DNA of 64,000 bases from Spirochaetia bacterium (GTDB taxonomy: Bacteria; Spirochaetota; Spirochaetia; CADAEX01), in the NCBI GenBank assembly GCA_017446885.1, contig JAFSOR010000027.1, positions 38,954-102,953 of the forward strand, given 5' to 3'. The position numbers and the translations under genes were made by a program. The notes under the pieces are model-generated. The model did not search any database. It was not told where the DNA came from and saw only the letters and a list, made by a program, of their open reading frames with translations. Below are positions 1 to 10,676 of this stretch, in pieces. Positions within the stretch are counted from its first letter, which is position 1; each line of letters begins with the position of its first letter.

Positions 1-266
1 CGCTTGCTGCATTTTCCAGATATAATGTCGATAGCAACATGAGCACCGTTTTTAAGCGCATAAGAAGCACACATAGTAAAGTGGAATGCATAGATCATTG
101 TGGAAACTTCGAAAACCCAGTCGTTTGCGATATGCAGGACATACCGGGTGAAACATTCGTAGACCATAATCATCATTCCGATAAAAGCAGACCACATACA
201 GATCTTACCGGTCCAATCGCTCAGGCAATCGATAGCGGCAGATATAGTATTTGCCAGTTTTCTCAT
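1..266 (-). CDS. TRAP transporter small permease (DctQ family), partial; C-terminus runs off the left edge
   Basis: My minus-strand translation from the ATG at 266 gives MRKLANTISAAIDCLSDWTGKICMWSAFIGMMIMVYECFTRYVLHIANDWVFEVSTMIYAFHFTMCASYALKNGAHVAIDII..., which is hydrophobic with the DctQ-like HV-x-x-D motif. It lies directly downstream of the DctP gene. It is not in the ORF track because it is truncated. Confidence 0.8.
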   Translation of the reverse strand, partial: MRKLANTISAAIDCLSDWTGKICMWSAFIGMMIMVYECFTRYVLHIANDWVFEVSTMIYAFHFTMCASYALKNGAHVAIDIISGKCSK

Positions 267-378
267 TTTTGATTTCTCCTAAATAATTATGCTCATTAAT
301 TAAAAAAGAAAACGGAAAAAAAGGCGCAGGCTATCAGGGGATAACCCGCGCCCCCAGTTTTAAATAATCAGCACATCC

Positions 379-1587
379 TTATTTGATATAGCTCTTCAGC
401 TTAGCAAGGTCAGGAAGTGGAAGATTTGCCCATCCATGACCATAGATGTCATTGAGCTGTCTCCAATACTGATACTCATACATATAGGAAGCCATTGAGT
501 ATGCACACTCTGCGAACAGTGGGTTCTTGGAAGCGAAGTCATACATAATGCTGATTGACTTGTCAGCAAGTACCTTAAGGTCAGCTTCGGAAAGCTGGAA
601 GGACTTAACACCAATCTCATCTCTGAACTTGTTGGTGTAGATACCGGAAGTTCTATCCTCCATTGCCAGTGTCTGCATTGCAGTTGCCTGTGCAGAAATG
701 TCAATAGCAGCCTTCAGGTGTGTTGGAAGTCCGTCATACAGTGCCTTGTTGAACAGCAGACAGCACATTGAACCTGGCTGGTGCCAACCTGGGTGTGAAG
801 AATACTTGGAAATTTCGTTGTATCCCAGACCCCAGTCGAGGTATGGAGTACAGGACTCTGCAACGTCGATAACGCCAGTCTGCATTGCCTGGTATACCTC
901 AGAAGACTGGATACCAACCTGTGCAGCGTCGAGGCTCTTCAGGATCTGGCCCTGTGCAGAGCCGGACATTCTGATCTTAACTCCCTTATAGTCAGCCAGT
1001 GACTTGATTGGCTTGGTTCCTCTAGGACCAGACTCGATTGTGATCGGTCCGAATGGGATTCCCTGAACACCAAACTTAGCATATGCTTTCTGGTAGATCT
1101 TCATACCTTCTCCGAGGCTGCCTGGCTTGCCGACTTCATCGTTCATTCTTCCAGCGAAGCTTGGATCGTAGTAGATCCAGTTGATGTAGTCATATGCATC
1201 CATCCACATTGGCCATGAAGAGAGCAGGTTGAATACTGTGTCTTTTCCAGCCCAGTATCCTGGGTAGTCAGAACCGATCTGTGCAACGTTGTCTTTTACT
1301 GCATCGAGAACCTCTTTTGGTCCTACAAGTGCGTTCTCAACAAAGTAGTCGATCTTAACCTGATCGCCAGCCAGCTGTGTCAGTCTAACAATGAACTCGT
1401 GGTCCTGGTCACCAAGGTGATACTGTGGTGCCCAGCAGGATACCATCTTCCAGTTATAGGTCTGAACTGGAGCTGCTGCAGCTGCAGAATCAGCAGATGC
1501 TGCAGGAGCTGCTGCTTTTCCGCCGCAGGATGCAAGCAGAAGGACGATCATAAGCATTACAACGATAATACTTCTTTTTTTCATCAT
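379..1587 (-). CDS. TRAP transporter substrate-binding protein (DctP family), lipoprotein
   Basis: 402 aa. Signal peptide with lipobox LLLASCGG, the length and sequence character of a DctP-type solute receptor, and a DctQ gene downstream. Confidence 0.85.
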   Translation of the reverse strand: MMKKRSIIVVMLMIVLLLASCGGKAAAPAASADSAAAAAPVQTYNWKMVSCWAPQYHLGDQDHEFIVRLTQLAGDQVKIDYFVENALVGPKEVLDAVKDNVAQIGSDYPGYWAGKDTVFNLLSSWPMWMDAYDYINWIYYDPSFAGRMNDEVGKPGSLGEGMKIYQKAYAKFGVQGIPFGPITIESGPRGTKPIKSLADYKGVKIRMSGSAQGQILKSLDAAQVGIQSSEVYQAMQTGVIDVAESCTPYLDWGLGYNEISKYSSHPGWHQPGSMCCLLFNKALYDGLPTHLKAAIDISAQATAMQTLAMEDRTSGIYTNKFRDEIGVKSFQLSEADLKVLADKSISIMYDFASKNPLFAECAYSMASYMYEYQYWRQLNDIYGHGWANLPLPDLAKLKSYIK

Positions 1588-1878
1588 AATTCTCCTTTTT
1601 ATTATTTTGGTTATTTAATTATATACCAAAAAAGGCAATCGTCAAACATTTTTTTTAGTCAAAAACTCCAAAGCAAGACAAAAAACGCTTCTATTTAAAG
1701 AAACAGATAGGGAGTTTTCCCTCTTTGGTTTTTCTTTTGGGCAAAATGAGAAAGATAATTGGATTTTTCGTGAACTAAAATAACTTTATTTACGATATTC
1801 GATAACAAAATATCATATACAACCTATGGAATTGTGCAAAAAGCTTATACATGGTAGGATAACCTTGCGAGGTGACTG

Positions 1879-2727
1879 ATGAAAAAGTTTATATTCTGGT
1901 TGATTTTCCTTATTATTATAGCAGGAGTTGCAGGTTATTTCGGATGGATCCGGGTGCCGGAGAACAATGTGGCGCTGGGGTTCTCAACCATTACCGGCTA
2001 TGACACCGAATTCATGGAAAGCGGAAAGATAAACTGGCGATGGCAGAAACTTATTCCTAAGTGCTATGTTCTTAAGTATTATCAGCTTGAGACCGAGAAC
2101 GCCGAAGTGTCTGTCGAACAGTCCCTTCCTTCCGGCGACCTATATTCAGGCGCGATGGCAGGCAAACCAGATTTCTCGTTTGCAGTAAAGTATGCTGTCA
2201 CATATAAAATAAAGGAAGATTCCCTTTATGCCATGGCAACATCTGGAACTCTTGGCGATGGCGGGCTCAGTCAGTTCTACGCAGCTGTCAAGGAAAAGAT
2301 ACAGAATACAGCCGCATCACTTCTGGGCGAGGAGATGTCAAAGGCTCTGAATGGCAGCACATTCTCGCAGAAAACCCTGGAAGATGCAGTTAAAGCACGT
2401 ATCGGCGACCAGATAGCCGATGTGGAGATAATAAGTTTTGAGACTGCCCAGGCCAGATTCCCAGATGTAGAACTGTACAAGGCAGCCAAGGCAAAATACA
2501 TGGAGAACCTTGAGAAGAAGCAGGAGCTTGAGGAAAAGCAGCAGGAAATATCTGCCCAGCAGGAGAAAGAGAAAGAGGACATGAACTCTAAAATCGAGCA
2601 GAGAATAGAACTCCTTAAAAAATATGGCGAGCTTCTGACTCAGTACCCTATCCTGATAGAGTATTTCAAATCCAAGAATGAGAGCCTGCTTCCCGAAGAT
2701 ATCAAGATAGAAGACATCATCAAATGA
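1879..2727 (+). CDS. hypothetical membrane-anchored protein with a C-terminal coiled coil
   Basis: 282 aa. N-terminal TM helix (FIFWLIFLIIIAGVAGYFGW) and a K/E-rich C-terminal region. GAGGTG SD upstream of the ATG. Confidence 0.55.
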   Translation: MKKFIFWLIFLIIIAGVAGYFGWIRVPENNVALGFSTITGYDTEFMESGKINWRWQKLIPKCYVLKYYQLETENAEVSVEQSLPSGDLYSGAMAGKPDFSFAVKYAVTYKIKEDSLYAMATSGTLGDGGLSQFYAAVKEKIQNTAASLLGEEMSKALNGSTFSQKTLEDAVKARIGDQIADVEIISFETAQARFPDVELYKAAKAKYMENLEKKQELEEKQQEISAQQEKEKEDMNSKIEQRIELLKKYGELLTQYPILIEYFKSKNESLLPEDIKIEDIIK

Positions 2728-2734
2728 GGCAACT

Positions 2735-3334
2735 ATGGATATTTTAGTAGCAACAGGAAACAGGAACAAGATAAAAGAACTTTCGCAGATTATGCCGGAA
2801 CACAGGTTTTTAACCCCGGCCGACCTAAACCTTGAATACGATTATGACGAGACTGGCACCACCTACTGCGAGAACGCCCTGGGCAAGGCACTGTGCCTGC
2901 ACAAAATGGTAGGCAAACCGGTGCTGGCCGAAGATTCAGGCCTTTCGGTTCCTGCCCTTAACGGCGAACCAGGCATCTATTCTGCCCGCTATGGCCAGAA
3001 AGAGGGGCTTAAGCTGAACGATGCCGAGAAAAATGCATATCTTCTTAAAAATCTGGATGGAATAAAGGACAGAAAAGCCTTTTTCGTATGCTCTATGGTC
3101 CTGGTTATGAACGAATACCGCTACTTTGTGGTGCAGGAGACCATGGAAGGCGAGATTGCCCTTGCCCCAGCAGGGACAAACGGCTTTGGCTACGACCCGG
3201 TGTTCTATATCCCAGCCAGCGGAAAAACTGTGGCAGAGATGGACGATGCTGAGAAGAATGCTCTGTCCCACCGTGGAAAAGCAGGCCGCAAGATGAAACT
3301 TATAATAGAATCATTGGCTAAGGAACTTGAGTAA
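2735..3334 (+). CDS. rdgB: RdgB/HAM1 non-canonical purine NTP pyrophosphatase
   Basis: 199 aa. N-terminal ILVATGNRNKIKE, plus FGYDPVF and SHRGKA motifs typical of the family. Confidence 0.9.
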   Translation: MDILVATGNRNKIKELSQIMPEHRFLTPADLNLEYDYDETGTTYCENALGKALCLHKMVGKPVLAEDSGLSVPALNGEPGIYSARYGQKEGLKLNDAEKNAYLLKNLDGIKDRKAFFVCSMVLVMNEYRYFVVQETMEGEIALAPAGTNGFGYDPVFYIPASGKTVAEMDDAEKNALSHRGKAGRKMKLIIESLAKELE

Positions 3335-5139
3335 TGGACAGCGCTGAAATCAAAACACGCGACCAGATAGCGCCAGAGGACAAATGGGATCTTTCTTCCC
3401 TGTTTGCATCCGAGGCCGACTGGGAAAAGGCACTGGCCGATATGAACAGCATCATACCTACCCTTTCCCGATTTAAAGGTACACTTGGACAGAGTGCAGA
3501 AAAGCTTGCCGGATGCCTAAAGGCAATGACAGAATTCCAGATACTGGCAGAAAAGACAGGAAGCTATGCAATGCTTCAGTTCAACACCGATGGCAGCGAC
3601 CCGCAGAACCAGAAACGGTATGGACTCTATATCTCCGCCGCCACCAAGGCCGAGGCCGAGACCAGCTATCTGGTGCCCGAGATACAGGCTATAGCCGATG
3701 ACAAGATGGCAGCTTTCATGCAATCTCCACTTCTGGCCGACTATACAATCTATCTTTCCAAGCTGCTGCGCCAGAAACCCCATATCCTTTCGGAAAAAGA
3801 GGAAAAACTTCTGGCACTTCACAGCGAATCAGACATGACCGCACACAAGGCATTCTCTGCCTTGACCGATGTTGACATGGAATTCGGGACTATAAATGAT
3901 AGCGGCGTGGAAAAACCGCTTACACAGTCCACATTCACATCTTTCCTGCAGAGCCAGGACCGCACAGTGCGAAAGAAGGCATACCAGCAGTTCTATAATG
4001 GCTTTGACAAGCACAAGAACACAATTGCAGCACTGTATGCCGGCAATGTGCAGCTGGATATATTCGGAGCAAAGGCACGCAACTACTCAAGTGCCTTGGA
4101 ATCAGCCCTGGCTCCAGACAACGTACCGCAGAGCGTATACGACAACCTTATTGCCACCATGCACAGCCGTTTCCCGGTGCTGCACCGCTACTATGAGCTT
4201 AAGCGGCAGGCATTGGGTCTTGATAAGCTGGCTCACTACGACGTATATATGCCTTTTACATCGGCTGTGGAGGTAAAGCACACCTATAACGAAGCTGTGG
4301 ACGAGGTTATCGAAGCTCTTAAGCCACTGGGAAGCGAATACTGCAGCATACTTAAAAACGGGCTTACCGGCGGCTGGGTAGATAAATACGAGAACAAAGG
4401 CAAGCGATCGGGGGCATTCTCGGCAGGGGTCTACACAGGCTGGCCATATATCCTGCTGAACTATAAAGAAGACAGGCTGAGGGACCTTTTTACACTGGTG
4501 CACGAAGGAGGCCACTCCATGCACTCCTGGTACAGCGTCAAATCAAATGTGTTCCCCAACTACGACTACACCATATTCGAAGCCGAGACTGCATCCACAT
4601 TCAACGAACAGCTTCTGGCTCGTCACCTTATGAAAAAATATGAAGGCAATGCTGATATGCTGCTCTACCTTGCAGGCAAACAGGCCGACGACTTTGTGGC
4701 TACCGCCTTCCGGCAGACCATGTTTGCGGAGTTCGAGAAAAATGTGCATGCTCATGGCGAGGCAGGATCTCCCCTTACCCTGGAACTTTTCCGAAGCGAA
4801 TACCGCAAACTGCTTGAAGCCTACTTCGGGCCTGATGTTGAACTGCCGGAAGAGGCCGCCCTTGAGGGGCTGCGTATCCCGCACTTCTACAGGGCTTTCT
4901 ATGTATACAAGTATGCCACAGGAATATCGGCCGCAGTTGCATTGGCAGACATGGTGCTTAACGGCGGCGAGACAGAGCGGAGGCGGTATCTGGACTTTTT
5001 GTGTTCGGGCGGCCGCAACTACCCGCTCGATTCGCTTAAAAAGGCTGGAGTGGACATGAGCAGCCCAGAACCGGTGGAAAAAGCCATCGATTATTTTGCC
5101 ACTCTTTTGGACCAGATTGAAAAATTAATGAAAAAGTGA
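3334..5139 (+). CDS. pepF: oligoendopeptidase F (M3B family)
   Basis: 601 aa. HEGGH zinc motif (HEGGHSMH). TAATG overlap with the rdgB stop. Confidence 0.9.
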   Translation: MDSAEIKTRDQIAPEDKWDLSSLFASEADWEKALADMNSIIPTLSRFKGTLGQSAEKLAGCLKAMTEFQILAEKTGSYAMLQFNTDGSDPQNQKRYGLYISAATKAEAETSYLVPEIQAIADDKMAAFMQSPLLADYTIYLSKLLRQKPHILSEKEEKLLALHSESDMTAHKAFSALTDVDMEFGTINDSGVEKPLTQSTFTSFLQSQDRTVRKKAYQQFYNGFDKHKNTIAALYAGNVQLDIFGAKARNYSSALESALAPDNVPQSVYDNLIATMHSRFPVLHRYYELKRQALGLDKLAHYDVYMPFTSAVEVKHTYNEAVDEVIEALKPLGSEYCSILKNGLTGGWVDKYENKGKRSGAFSAGVYTGWPYILLNYKEDRLRDLFTLVHEGGHSMHSWYSVKSNVFPNYDYTIFEAETASTFNEQLLARHLMKKYEGNADMLLYLAGKQADDFVATAFRQTMFAEFEKNVHAHGEAGSPLTLELFRSEYRKLLEAYFGPDVELPEEAALEGLRIPHFYRAFYVYKYATGISAAVALADMVLNGGETERRRYLDFLCSGGRNYPLDSLKKAGVDMSSPEPVEKAIDYFATLLDQIEKLMKK

Positions 5140-5191
5140 CCTTATAGTTATTGACAACGCAAGGTTGATTTCTATATAGTGTATTTTACCT

Positions 5192-5275
5192 GCGGCGATG
5201 GTGAAATTGGTAGACACGTTAGCTTGAGGGGCTAATGGAAGTAATTCCATGAAGGTTCAAGTCCTTTTCGCCGCA
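5192..5275 (+). tRNA. tRNA-Leu (anticodon GAG), type II with a long variable arm; CCA not encoded
   Basis: Hand-folded cloverleaf. Acceptor GCGGCGA/TCGCCGC, anticodon arm TTAGC-TTGAGGG-GCTAA, variable arm GGAA-GTAA-TTCC, T arm GAAGG-TTCAAGT-CCTTT. Confidence 0.9.
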
Positions 5276-5284
5276 AAATAAAAG

Positions 5285-5311
5285 AAACCAGCCTTGTGCT
5301 GGTTTTTTTTA
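5285..5311 (+). terminator. Rho-independent terminator after tRNA-Leu
   Basis: Stem ACCAGC/GCTGGT followed by T8. Confidence 0.6.
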
Positions 5312-5398
5312 TTTTAAGGTATACCAAGGAAGGACTTGAAGCCCGAAGCACGCCGAGCAGGTGCGAGGATCAAGTGCTGAGGGAGCGGGCCGTTAGGC

Positions 5399-5418
5399 CA
5401 AGTCCTTTTCGCCGCAAA
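5399..5418 (+). repeat. exact 20-nt direct repeat of the tRNA-Leu 3' end (copy of 5258..5277)
   Basis: caagtccttttcgccgcaaa occurs at 5258-5277 and again at 5399-5418. Each copy is followed by its own hairpin plus T-run. Confidence 0.85.
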
Positions 5419-5423
5419 CAAGG

Positions 5424-5451
5424 AAAGTCAGCTTCATGCTGACTTTTTTTG
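5424..5451 (+). terminator. second hairpin plus T-run, after the duplicated tRNA 3' end
   Basis: Stem AGTCAGC/GCTGACT followed by T7. Confidence 0.5.
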
Positions 5452-5468
5452 TTTTATGGTATACAAAT

Positions 5469-5771
5469 TCAACTTATCGTTTCCAATAAAAAGCTGACCG
5501 GACGGAAGCCGTCGTTGCACGAGATCATGGCAGAACGCGGGTTCTGCATCCAGCCGTCATAGAAGTTACCGCCGCCGGAAGCCAGTTCCTTTACAAAAGG
5601 TTTGACCGAATCCCACGCACTATCGCAGAACCCATCCGGCATTTCGCCGCCCTTGGCTATGAACACCATCCCCTCCTGCATGTCGCAGGTGTGTTCTATA
5701 GGGTTCTCAAACCGGGCCATCAGGTCTTTATATTGAGTGATACGCATCACTGTTATGCGGACATCCAGCAT
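5469..5771 (-). CDS. TIGR04076-family small protein (function unknown)
   Basis: I recognise the sequence pattern MLDVRITV...CDMQEGMVF...PDGFCDSAW...ISCNDGFRPVSF as TIGR04076-like. The start is placed at the second Met of the 106-aa ORF. Confidence 0.65.
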   Translation of the reverse strand: MLDVRITVMRITQYKDLMARFENPIEHTCDMQEGMVFIAKGGEMPDGFCDSAWDSVKPFVKELASGGGNFYDGWMQNPRSAMISCNDGFRPVSFLLETIS

Positions 5772-6030
5772 GTATAAAATATACGTCATTTAAAAAATTT
5801 TTTAAAGCCTTTAGAATTTGAAGAATGGTTAGATGAAAAGCATTGAAAAAAGAGCAGATTGCAAAGGCAATGACCTGTGAGACAGCCGAGGCGATGGTCC
5901 ATTCTGTTATATCTTGGCAGATGCCATGAAATGAGAATAAGGACCTGCACTTGACAATAACTGACCTCTCCCCCTCTCATCTCTCTGCAACAGTACAAAA
6001 CAAAGTGCAAAAACCCATACATCGCTAACC

Positions 6031-6119
6031 CATTTGCTGGCAGTGTAATGATTTATATAGTTTTTTTACTTTGTGCAGCAAAACTTGAAGCAAAATCCAC
6101 TTTTTTTGTGTATATACAG
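6031..6119 (+). repeat. intergenic repeat, copy A (partner at 39804..39904)
   Basis: Shared blocks: catttgctggcagtgtaa, tttgtg-gcaaaacttgaagcaaaat, tttttttgtgt. It lies directly upstream of a plus-strand gene. Confidence 0.7.
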
Positions 6120-6143
6120 TAGCCCAACTTAAAGGAGGATCCT

Positions 6144-6893
6144 ATGAAAAGTATTGCTGCCACCCTGCTCTGCCTACTAATAGCATCATGCAGCTTTTTA
6201 GACAGCAAGAGCACCGATGTGACATTCCATATCCCCGAGCTGCCAAAGGAGATGCAGCAGCTTGAGGTGTCTGGATACCGTGTTGTGATGACTACGGTGG
6301 ATAAACGCAGGGAGTTTACAGCCAACAGGAACAGCTTCACAGCTTCTGTACCAGTATCTGACATAACAGCGGTTTTGGCATACCCTGTCGGTCCCTGGGG
6401 AGAGCTTAAACCGGCAGGCTTTATAGTCCACGGCAACCTAAAAGCACACAATTACCTTGCCTGGGATAACGGCTTTGCAGCAGAGTGCACCTCGCTGTCA
6501 CTGGCCTCGGGATACGGTTCCGAGAACTTCAATTTCTCCATGTTCCAACAGAAACTGATTGAGAAATCAGAGGGCAATCCGTGGATACTGGAAAGAGATA
6601 AAGTTGTCTATGCCCTATCATACGGAATCTTCAACATGAACTACATCAAGAAAGCTGAAAGCCACACCCTGACACTCCCGCGTCCTGGAACAGACTGCAC
6701 ATGGTATTCAGGCACACCTGGGTGCATAAAGAAATATTTTCAGCGTGATGGTTTTATACAGAATCTTGACATTACAGAGGGAGAGAATGTGTTTATTAAT
6801 CCCGAGACCGGCGAGGGAATCACCATATATGCAGACCGGCTTACCTGGATATGTATATCGGGAACTACAGGCGGATTATCCGGCTATTGGTAA
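6144..6893 (+). CDS. hypothetical lipoprotein
   Basis: 249 aa. Signal peptide with lipobox LLIASCSF. AAAGGAGGA SD. Confidence 0.6.
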   Translation: MKSIAATLLCLLIASCSFLDSKSTDVTFHIPELPKEMQQLEVSGYRVVMTTVDKRREFTANRNSFTASVPVSDITAVLAYPVGPWGELKPAGFIVHGNLKAHNYLAWDNGFAAECTSLSLASGYGSENFNFSMFQQKLIEKSEGNPWILERDKVVYALSYGIFNMNYIKKAESHTLTLPRPGTDCTWYSGTPGCIKKYFQRDGFIQNLDITEGENVFINPETGEGITIYADRLTWICISGTTGGLSGYW

Positions 6894-7968
6894 GCTTTTC
6901 ATAACCGATATCGGTTATCATATAATCGTTCTCAAGCCTTATGCCGCCCAGCTTTGGGTCATAAATTCCAGGCTCTATGGTAAACACCATGCCTTTTTGC
7001 AGTCTGACTGGATCAACTTTTGCACGCAGAAAAGGCTTCTCGTGGATATAGAGCCCTATTCCATGGCCCAGGTTATGTGGCATGACAAAGCCGCCGCTCT
7101 CCAGATAGCCGTTCACTGCACCAGAAAGATCAGTAGTAAGAGTGCCTGGTTTAAGGAGCTTTTCCGCCACATCTACAGCACCCTCGATAAGAGCTACCAT
7201 ATGTTCCTGCTCTGGGGAAAGGTTCCGTGTTATGGTGGTGGTGACATCGCTTGTATAGCCGTCGTACTTGACCCCAAAGTCAATTATGGAAAGGCCGTCG
7301 GCAGGCATAATGGCACCGGTATAAGCAGGAAAAGCGTGGATATTGTAACTGCGCCCCATAGCTGCAGCCAGGGTCTCAAACCCGGTACCCTCTGCTCCGG
7401 CAAGCCTTGCTTCCCTGTCTATAAGCAGCGCAATATCGGTCTCGGTGCACTGTCCAGCCCGTAGCTCTGCCTCTATCTTGTCCAATATATCATCGGTTAT
7501 AGAAAAAGCCTTACGCAAAGTGACAAGCTCAGCATCATCCTTTATCTGCCGCATATCATCGATAGCAGAAGCAAGGCCATTTTCGCGGCACACAAACTGA
7601 TACGGCCCATTGGCAATGTTCATAAACTCAGGGTACGGCAGCGCATCGGGCACCTCGACCCTGCTCCCTGCCGGAAGCTTTTCCTCGGCAAGCACCTTGG
7701 AAAGTGCCTGTCCAAGTGTCCTGCCATAATCGTTGTATGGCTTAATCTGAGTCGCAGTTGCCTTTATTCTTGCCAGGTTTATATCCCATGGCAAAAGCAG
7801 GCTACGGCCGTCGGCAAAAATAAACAGCACGCTGTCGGATGGATGCCCTGTAAGATAGCGGATACTCGGGTTCCGCATCCCCTCCCGGTCGCACAGGACC
7901 AATAAAGAAATATCCTCCCCGGCAAGCAGAGAGGATACTTTCTTCTGTCTTTCTGAATATGTGTTCAT
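6865..7968 (-). CDS. M24-family Xaa-Pro aminopeptidase
   Basis: 367 aa. Creatinase-like N-domain plus a pita-bread C-domain with motifs HNLGHGIG and EPG. Confidence 0.85.
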   Translation of the reverse strand: MNTYSERQKKVSSLLAGEDISLLVLCDREGMRNPSIRYLTGHPSDSVLFIFADGRSLLLPWDINLARIKATATQIKPYNDYGRTLGQALSKVLAEEKLPAGSRVEVPDALPYPEFMNIANGPYQFVCRENGLASAIDDMRQIKDDAELVTLRKAFSITDDILDKIEAELRAGQCTETDIALLIDREARLAGAEGTGFETLAAAMGRSYNIHAFPAYTGAIMPADGLSIIDFGVKYDGYTSDVTTTITRNLSPEQEHMVALIEGAVDVAEKLLKPGTLTTDLSGAVNGYLESGGFVMPHNLGHGIGLYIHEKPFLRAKVDPVRLQKGMVFTIEPGIYDPKLGGIRLENDYMITDIGYEKLTNSRIIRL

Positions 7969-10484
7969 CTTACTACAAAGTTGACCAGCTTACCCGGCAC
8001 AACAATAGTCTTGATCACTGTCTTTCCAGCCAGAAGCTCCTTGATTCTGTCGTTTGAAAGGGCCTCTTTCTCAAGCTCTTCCTTGGAAGCGCCTTTTGGC
8101 ATAGTCATCTGGCTTCTGTTCTTGCTGTTGATCTGGACAACGATTGTAACTTCATCATCGTGGGTAAGAGCCTCGTCCCAATCGGGCCACTTCTGTAGCG
8201 ATACAGACTCTTTGTTTCCAAGTTTTTCCCACAGTTCTTCGGCCAGGTGCGGCGCATAAGGGCTAAGAAGCAGCACAAATGGCTTCCAGGCTGCAACAGG
8301 AACTTCATCCAACCTGTTGATCTCGTTTATGAAAACCATCATCTGCGAGATAGCTGTGTTGAACTCCAGATTCTTGGTGTCCAAAGAAACTTTCTTTATG
8401 GTCTTGTGGAGCAGCTTGTTCAGGTCCGGTGTAAGCGGTGTATCTACAAACTTTTTCTCGTCGGCTATTCTCCAGATTCTGTCCAGGAAACGGTAGACGC
8501 CTGAAATACCAGTTGTAGACCATGCCTTGGAAACGCTAAGTGGTCCCATGAACATCTCGTACAATCTTATGGAATCGGCACCCAGCTCCTTTACAACCTC
8601 GTCCGGGTTTATTACGTTGCACAGTGATTTTGACATCTTGGCAACTACGCGCTCAAGCTCCTCGCCATCTTCTTTGGAGAAGAACTTTCCTTCCTTTTCC
8701 TCAACCTGATCGGTAGAAACCAGAGCCTTGTTCTTACGCTGATATGCGTATGACAGAATCATTCCCTGGTTCACCAGACGGTGGAACGGCTCCTTGGTGG
8801 AAACCAGACCGAAATCGTAGAGTACCTTGTGCCAGAACCGGGCATAGAGCAGGTGGAGTACCGCATGCTCTGCGCCGCCTACATACAGGTCTACCGGCAT
8901 CCAGTACTTTTCCTTTTCGGGGTCGATAAATTTCTCGGTGTTATGCGGGTCGATGAACCGCAGATAGTACCAGCAGGAGCCAGCCCACTGCGGCATGGTG
9001 TTAATCTCGCGCTTTGCAGGGGCACCGCATTTTGGACAAGTGGTGTTGACCCAGTCTTCGATAGCTGCCAATGGAGACTCGCCTGTACCTGTCGGAAGGT
9101 AGCTTGTCACCTCTGGCAATGTAAGGGGCAGGTCTTTTTCTGAAAGTGGCACATTGCCGCAGTGTGGGCAATGCACTATAGGGATAGGCTCGCCCCAGTA
9201 CCGCTGGCGAGAGAAAATCCAGTCCCTGAGCTTATAGTTTATGGCCTTGTGACCGCATTTATTCTTTTCCAAGAACTCAAGCATCTTGTTTATTGCATCC
9301 TGCTTGTTAAGGCCGTCCAGCCACTGTGAGTTCACGTGCTCGCCATCCTCGGTCCAGGCCTGGGTCTGAACATCTACAGGAGATTTGAGAACCTCGATGA
9401 TAGGAAGGTTGAACTTCTTGGCAAATTCCCAGTCGCGGTCGTCGTGGGCAGGTACTGCCATTATGGCACCAGTTCCGTAGGAGATGAGTACATAGTCGGC
9501 AATCCAGATTGGAATGCGGTCGCCATTCACAGGGTTTATAGCATAGCTGCCTGTGAACACGCCTGTCTTATCCTTTGCCAGGTCGGTGCGCTCCAGGTCT
9601 GACTTATGGGCTGCCATATCAAGGTATGCCTGCACCTCTGCCTTCTGCGAAGGCACAGTAAGCTTTTCCACCAGCGGATGCTCCGGGGCAATTACCATAT
9701 AGGTGGCACCGAACAGAGTATCGCACCGGGTGGTGTATACCTCGAGTTTCTCGTCCATGTTCTCAAGCTGGAAGAATACGGCCGCACCCTCGCTTCGGCC
9801 TATCCAGTTCCGCTGCATAGCCTTTATTGCCTCGGGCCAGTCCAGAAGGTCAAGGTCCTCCAGAAGCCTGTCGGCATATGCTGTAATTTTGAGCATCCAC
9901 TGGCGTATGTTCTTGCGCACTACAGCAGTACCGCAGCGCTCGCATTTGCCCTCTTTGACCTCTTCGTTGGCAAGACCTGTCTTGCAGGAAGGACAGAAGT
10001 TTATAGGCTGCTCAGACTCGTAAGCAAGTCCTTTTTCGTACAGTTTAAGGAAAATCCACTGAGTCCACTTATAGTAGTCTGACTCGCAGGTGGAGACTTC
10101 CCGGTCCCAGTCGTAGCTGAGTCCCAGAGATTTTATCTGGCGGCGGAATACATCGATATTCTTATGGGTGGTAACACGTGGATGTGTTCCTGTCTTAATG
10201 GCGTAGTTTTCAGCAGGCAGACCGAAGGAGTCGAATCCCATTGGGTGCAACACCGCATAGCCGTTCATACGCAGGTAGCGGCAGTAGATGTCGGTGGCGG
10301 TATAGCCTTCCGGGTGGCCTACATGCAGACCTGCTCCGGACGGATATGGGAACATATCCAGGACATATTTACGTTTTTCTGCTGGGATAGAAGGATCCTC
10401 AACTGCCTTGAAAGTCTTGTGCTCATCCCAGTACTTCTGCCATTTTTTCTCTATTTCTGTAAAAGGATATTTACTCATATTCAA
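7965..10484 (-). CDS. leuS: leucine--tRNA ligase
   Basis: 839 aa. HVGH (HIGH) and KMSKS motifs. ATGA stop/start overlap with the downstream aminopeptidase. Confidence 0.97.
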   Translation of the reverse strand: MNMSKYPFTEIEKKWQKYWDEHKTFKAVEDPSIPAEKRKYVLDMFPYPSGAGLHVGHPEGYTATDIYCRYLRMNGYAVLHPMGFDSFGLPAENYAIKTGTHPRVTTHKNIDVFRRQIKSLGLSYDWDREVSTCESDYYKWTQWIFLKLYEKGLAYESEQPINFCPSCKTGLANEEVKEGKCERCGTAVVRKNIRQWMLKITAYADRLLEDLDLLDWPEAIKAMQRNWIGRSEGAAVFFQLENMDEKLEVYTTRCDTLFGATYMVIAPEHPLVEKLTVPSQKAEVQAYLDMAAHKSDLERTDLAKDKTGVFTGSYAINPVNGDRIPIWIADYVLISYGTGAIMAVPAHDDRDWEFAKKFNLPIIEVLKSPVDVQTQAWTEDGEHVNSQWLDGLNKQDAINKMLEFLEKNKCGHKAINYKLRDWIFSRQRYWGEPIPIVHCPHCGNVPLSEKDLPLTLPEVTSYLPTGTGESPLAAIEDWVNTTCPKCGAPAKREINTMPQWAGSCWYYLRFIDPHNTEKFIDPEKEKYWMPVDLYVGGAEHAVLHLLYARFWHKVLYDFGLVSTKEPFHRLVNQGMILSYAYQRKNKALVSTDQVEEKEGKFFSKEDGEELERVVAKMSKSLCNVINPDEVVKELGADSIRLYEMFMGPLSVSKAWSTTGISGVYRFLDRIWRIADEKKFVDTPLTPDLNKLLHKTIKKVSLDTKNLEFNTAISQMMVFINEINRLDEVPVAAWKPFVLLLSPYAPHLAEELWEKLGNKESVSLQKWPDWDEALTHDDEVTIVVQINSKNRSQMTMPKGASKEELEKEALSNDRIKELLAGKTVIKTIVVPGKLVNFVVR

Positions 10485-10676
10485 TATTATAATTTTTTTT
10501 AAAAAATTATTCTACCTGTATCATTCTTTGACACACCACCCGACTTAAACTGCTATCAAGAAGGAGAAAAATATGATTAAATACATTCTTATCTGGGCTG
10601 TTTTCTGCTATATCGAAAGCAGGATTGAAATATATCTGAACGAGCAGGATGCAAAAAAAGGCAAAGGGGCTGCCAA

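Noticed and set aside
39-272. 77-aa plus-strand ORF from the track
   Set aside because: The opposite strand encodes a convincing DctQ-type TRAP small permease (start at 266) directly downstream of dctP. The plus-strand ORF is a shadow frame.
5786-6022. 78-aa minus-strand ORF, and an attempt to fold 5825-6041 into an RNA analogous to 39600-39815
   Set aside because: The ORF has no SD or family signal. Only one short helix (ggttag..atg with cat..ctaacc) could be built, and the rest does not form the nested rod seen at the second locus.
6031-6060. Sigma54 promoter reading of the shared TGGCAG motif in the intergenic repeat
   Set aside because: The GG-to-GC spacing is 10 nt rather than the 12 nt expected in copy B, and copy A has no -12 GC at all.
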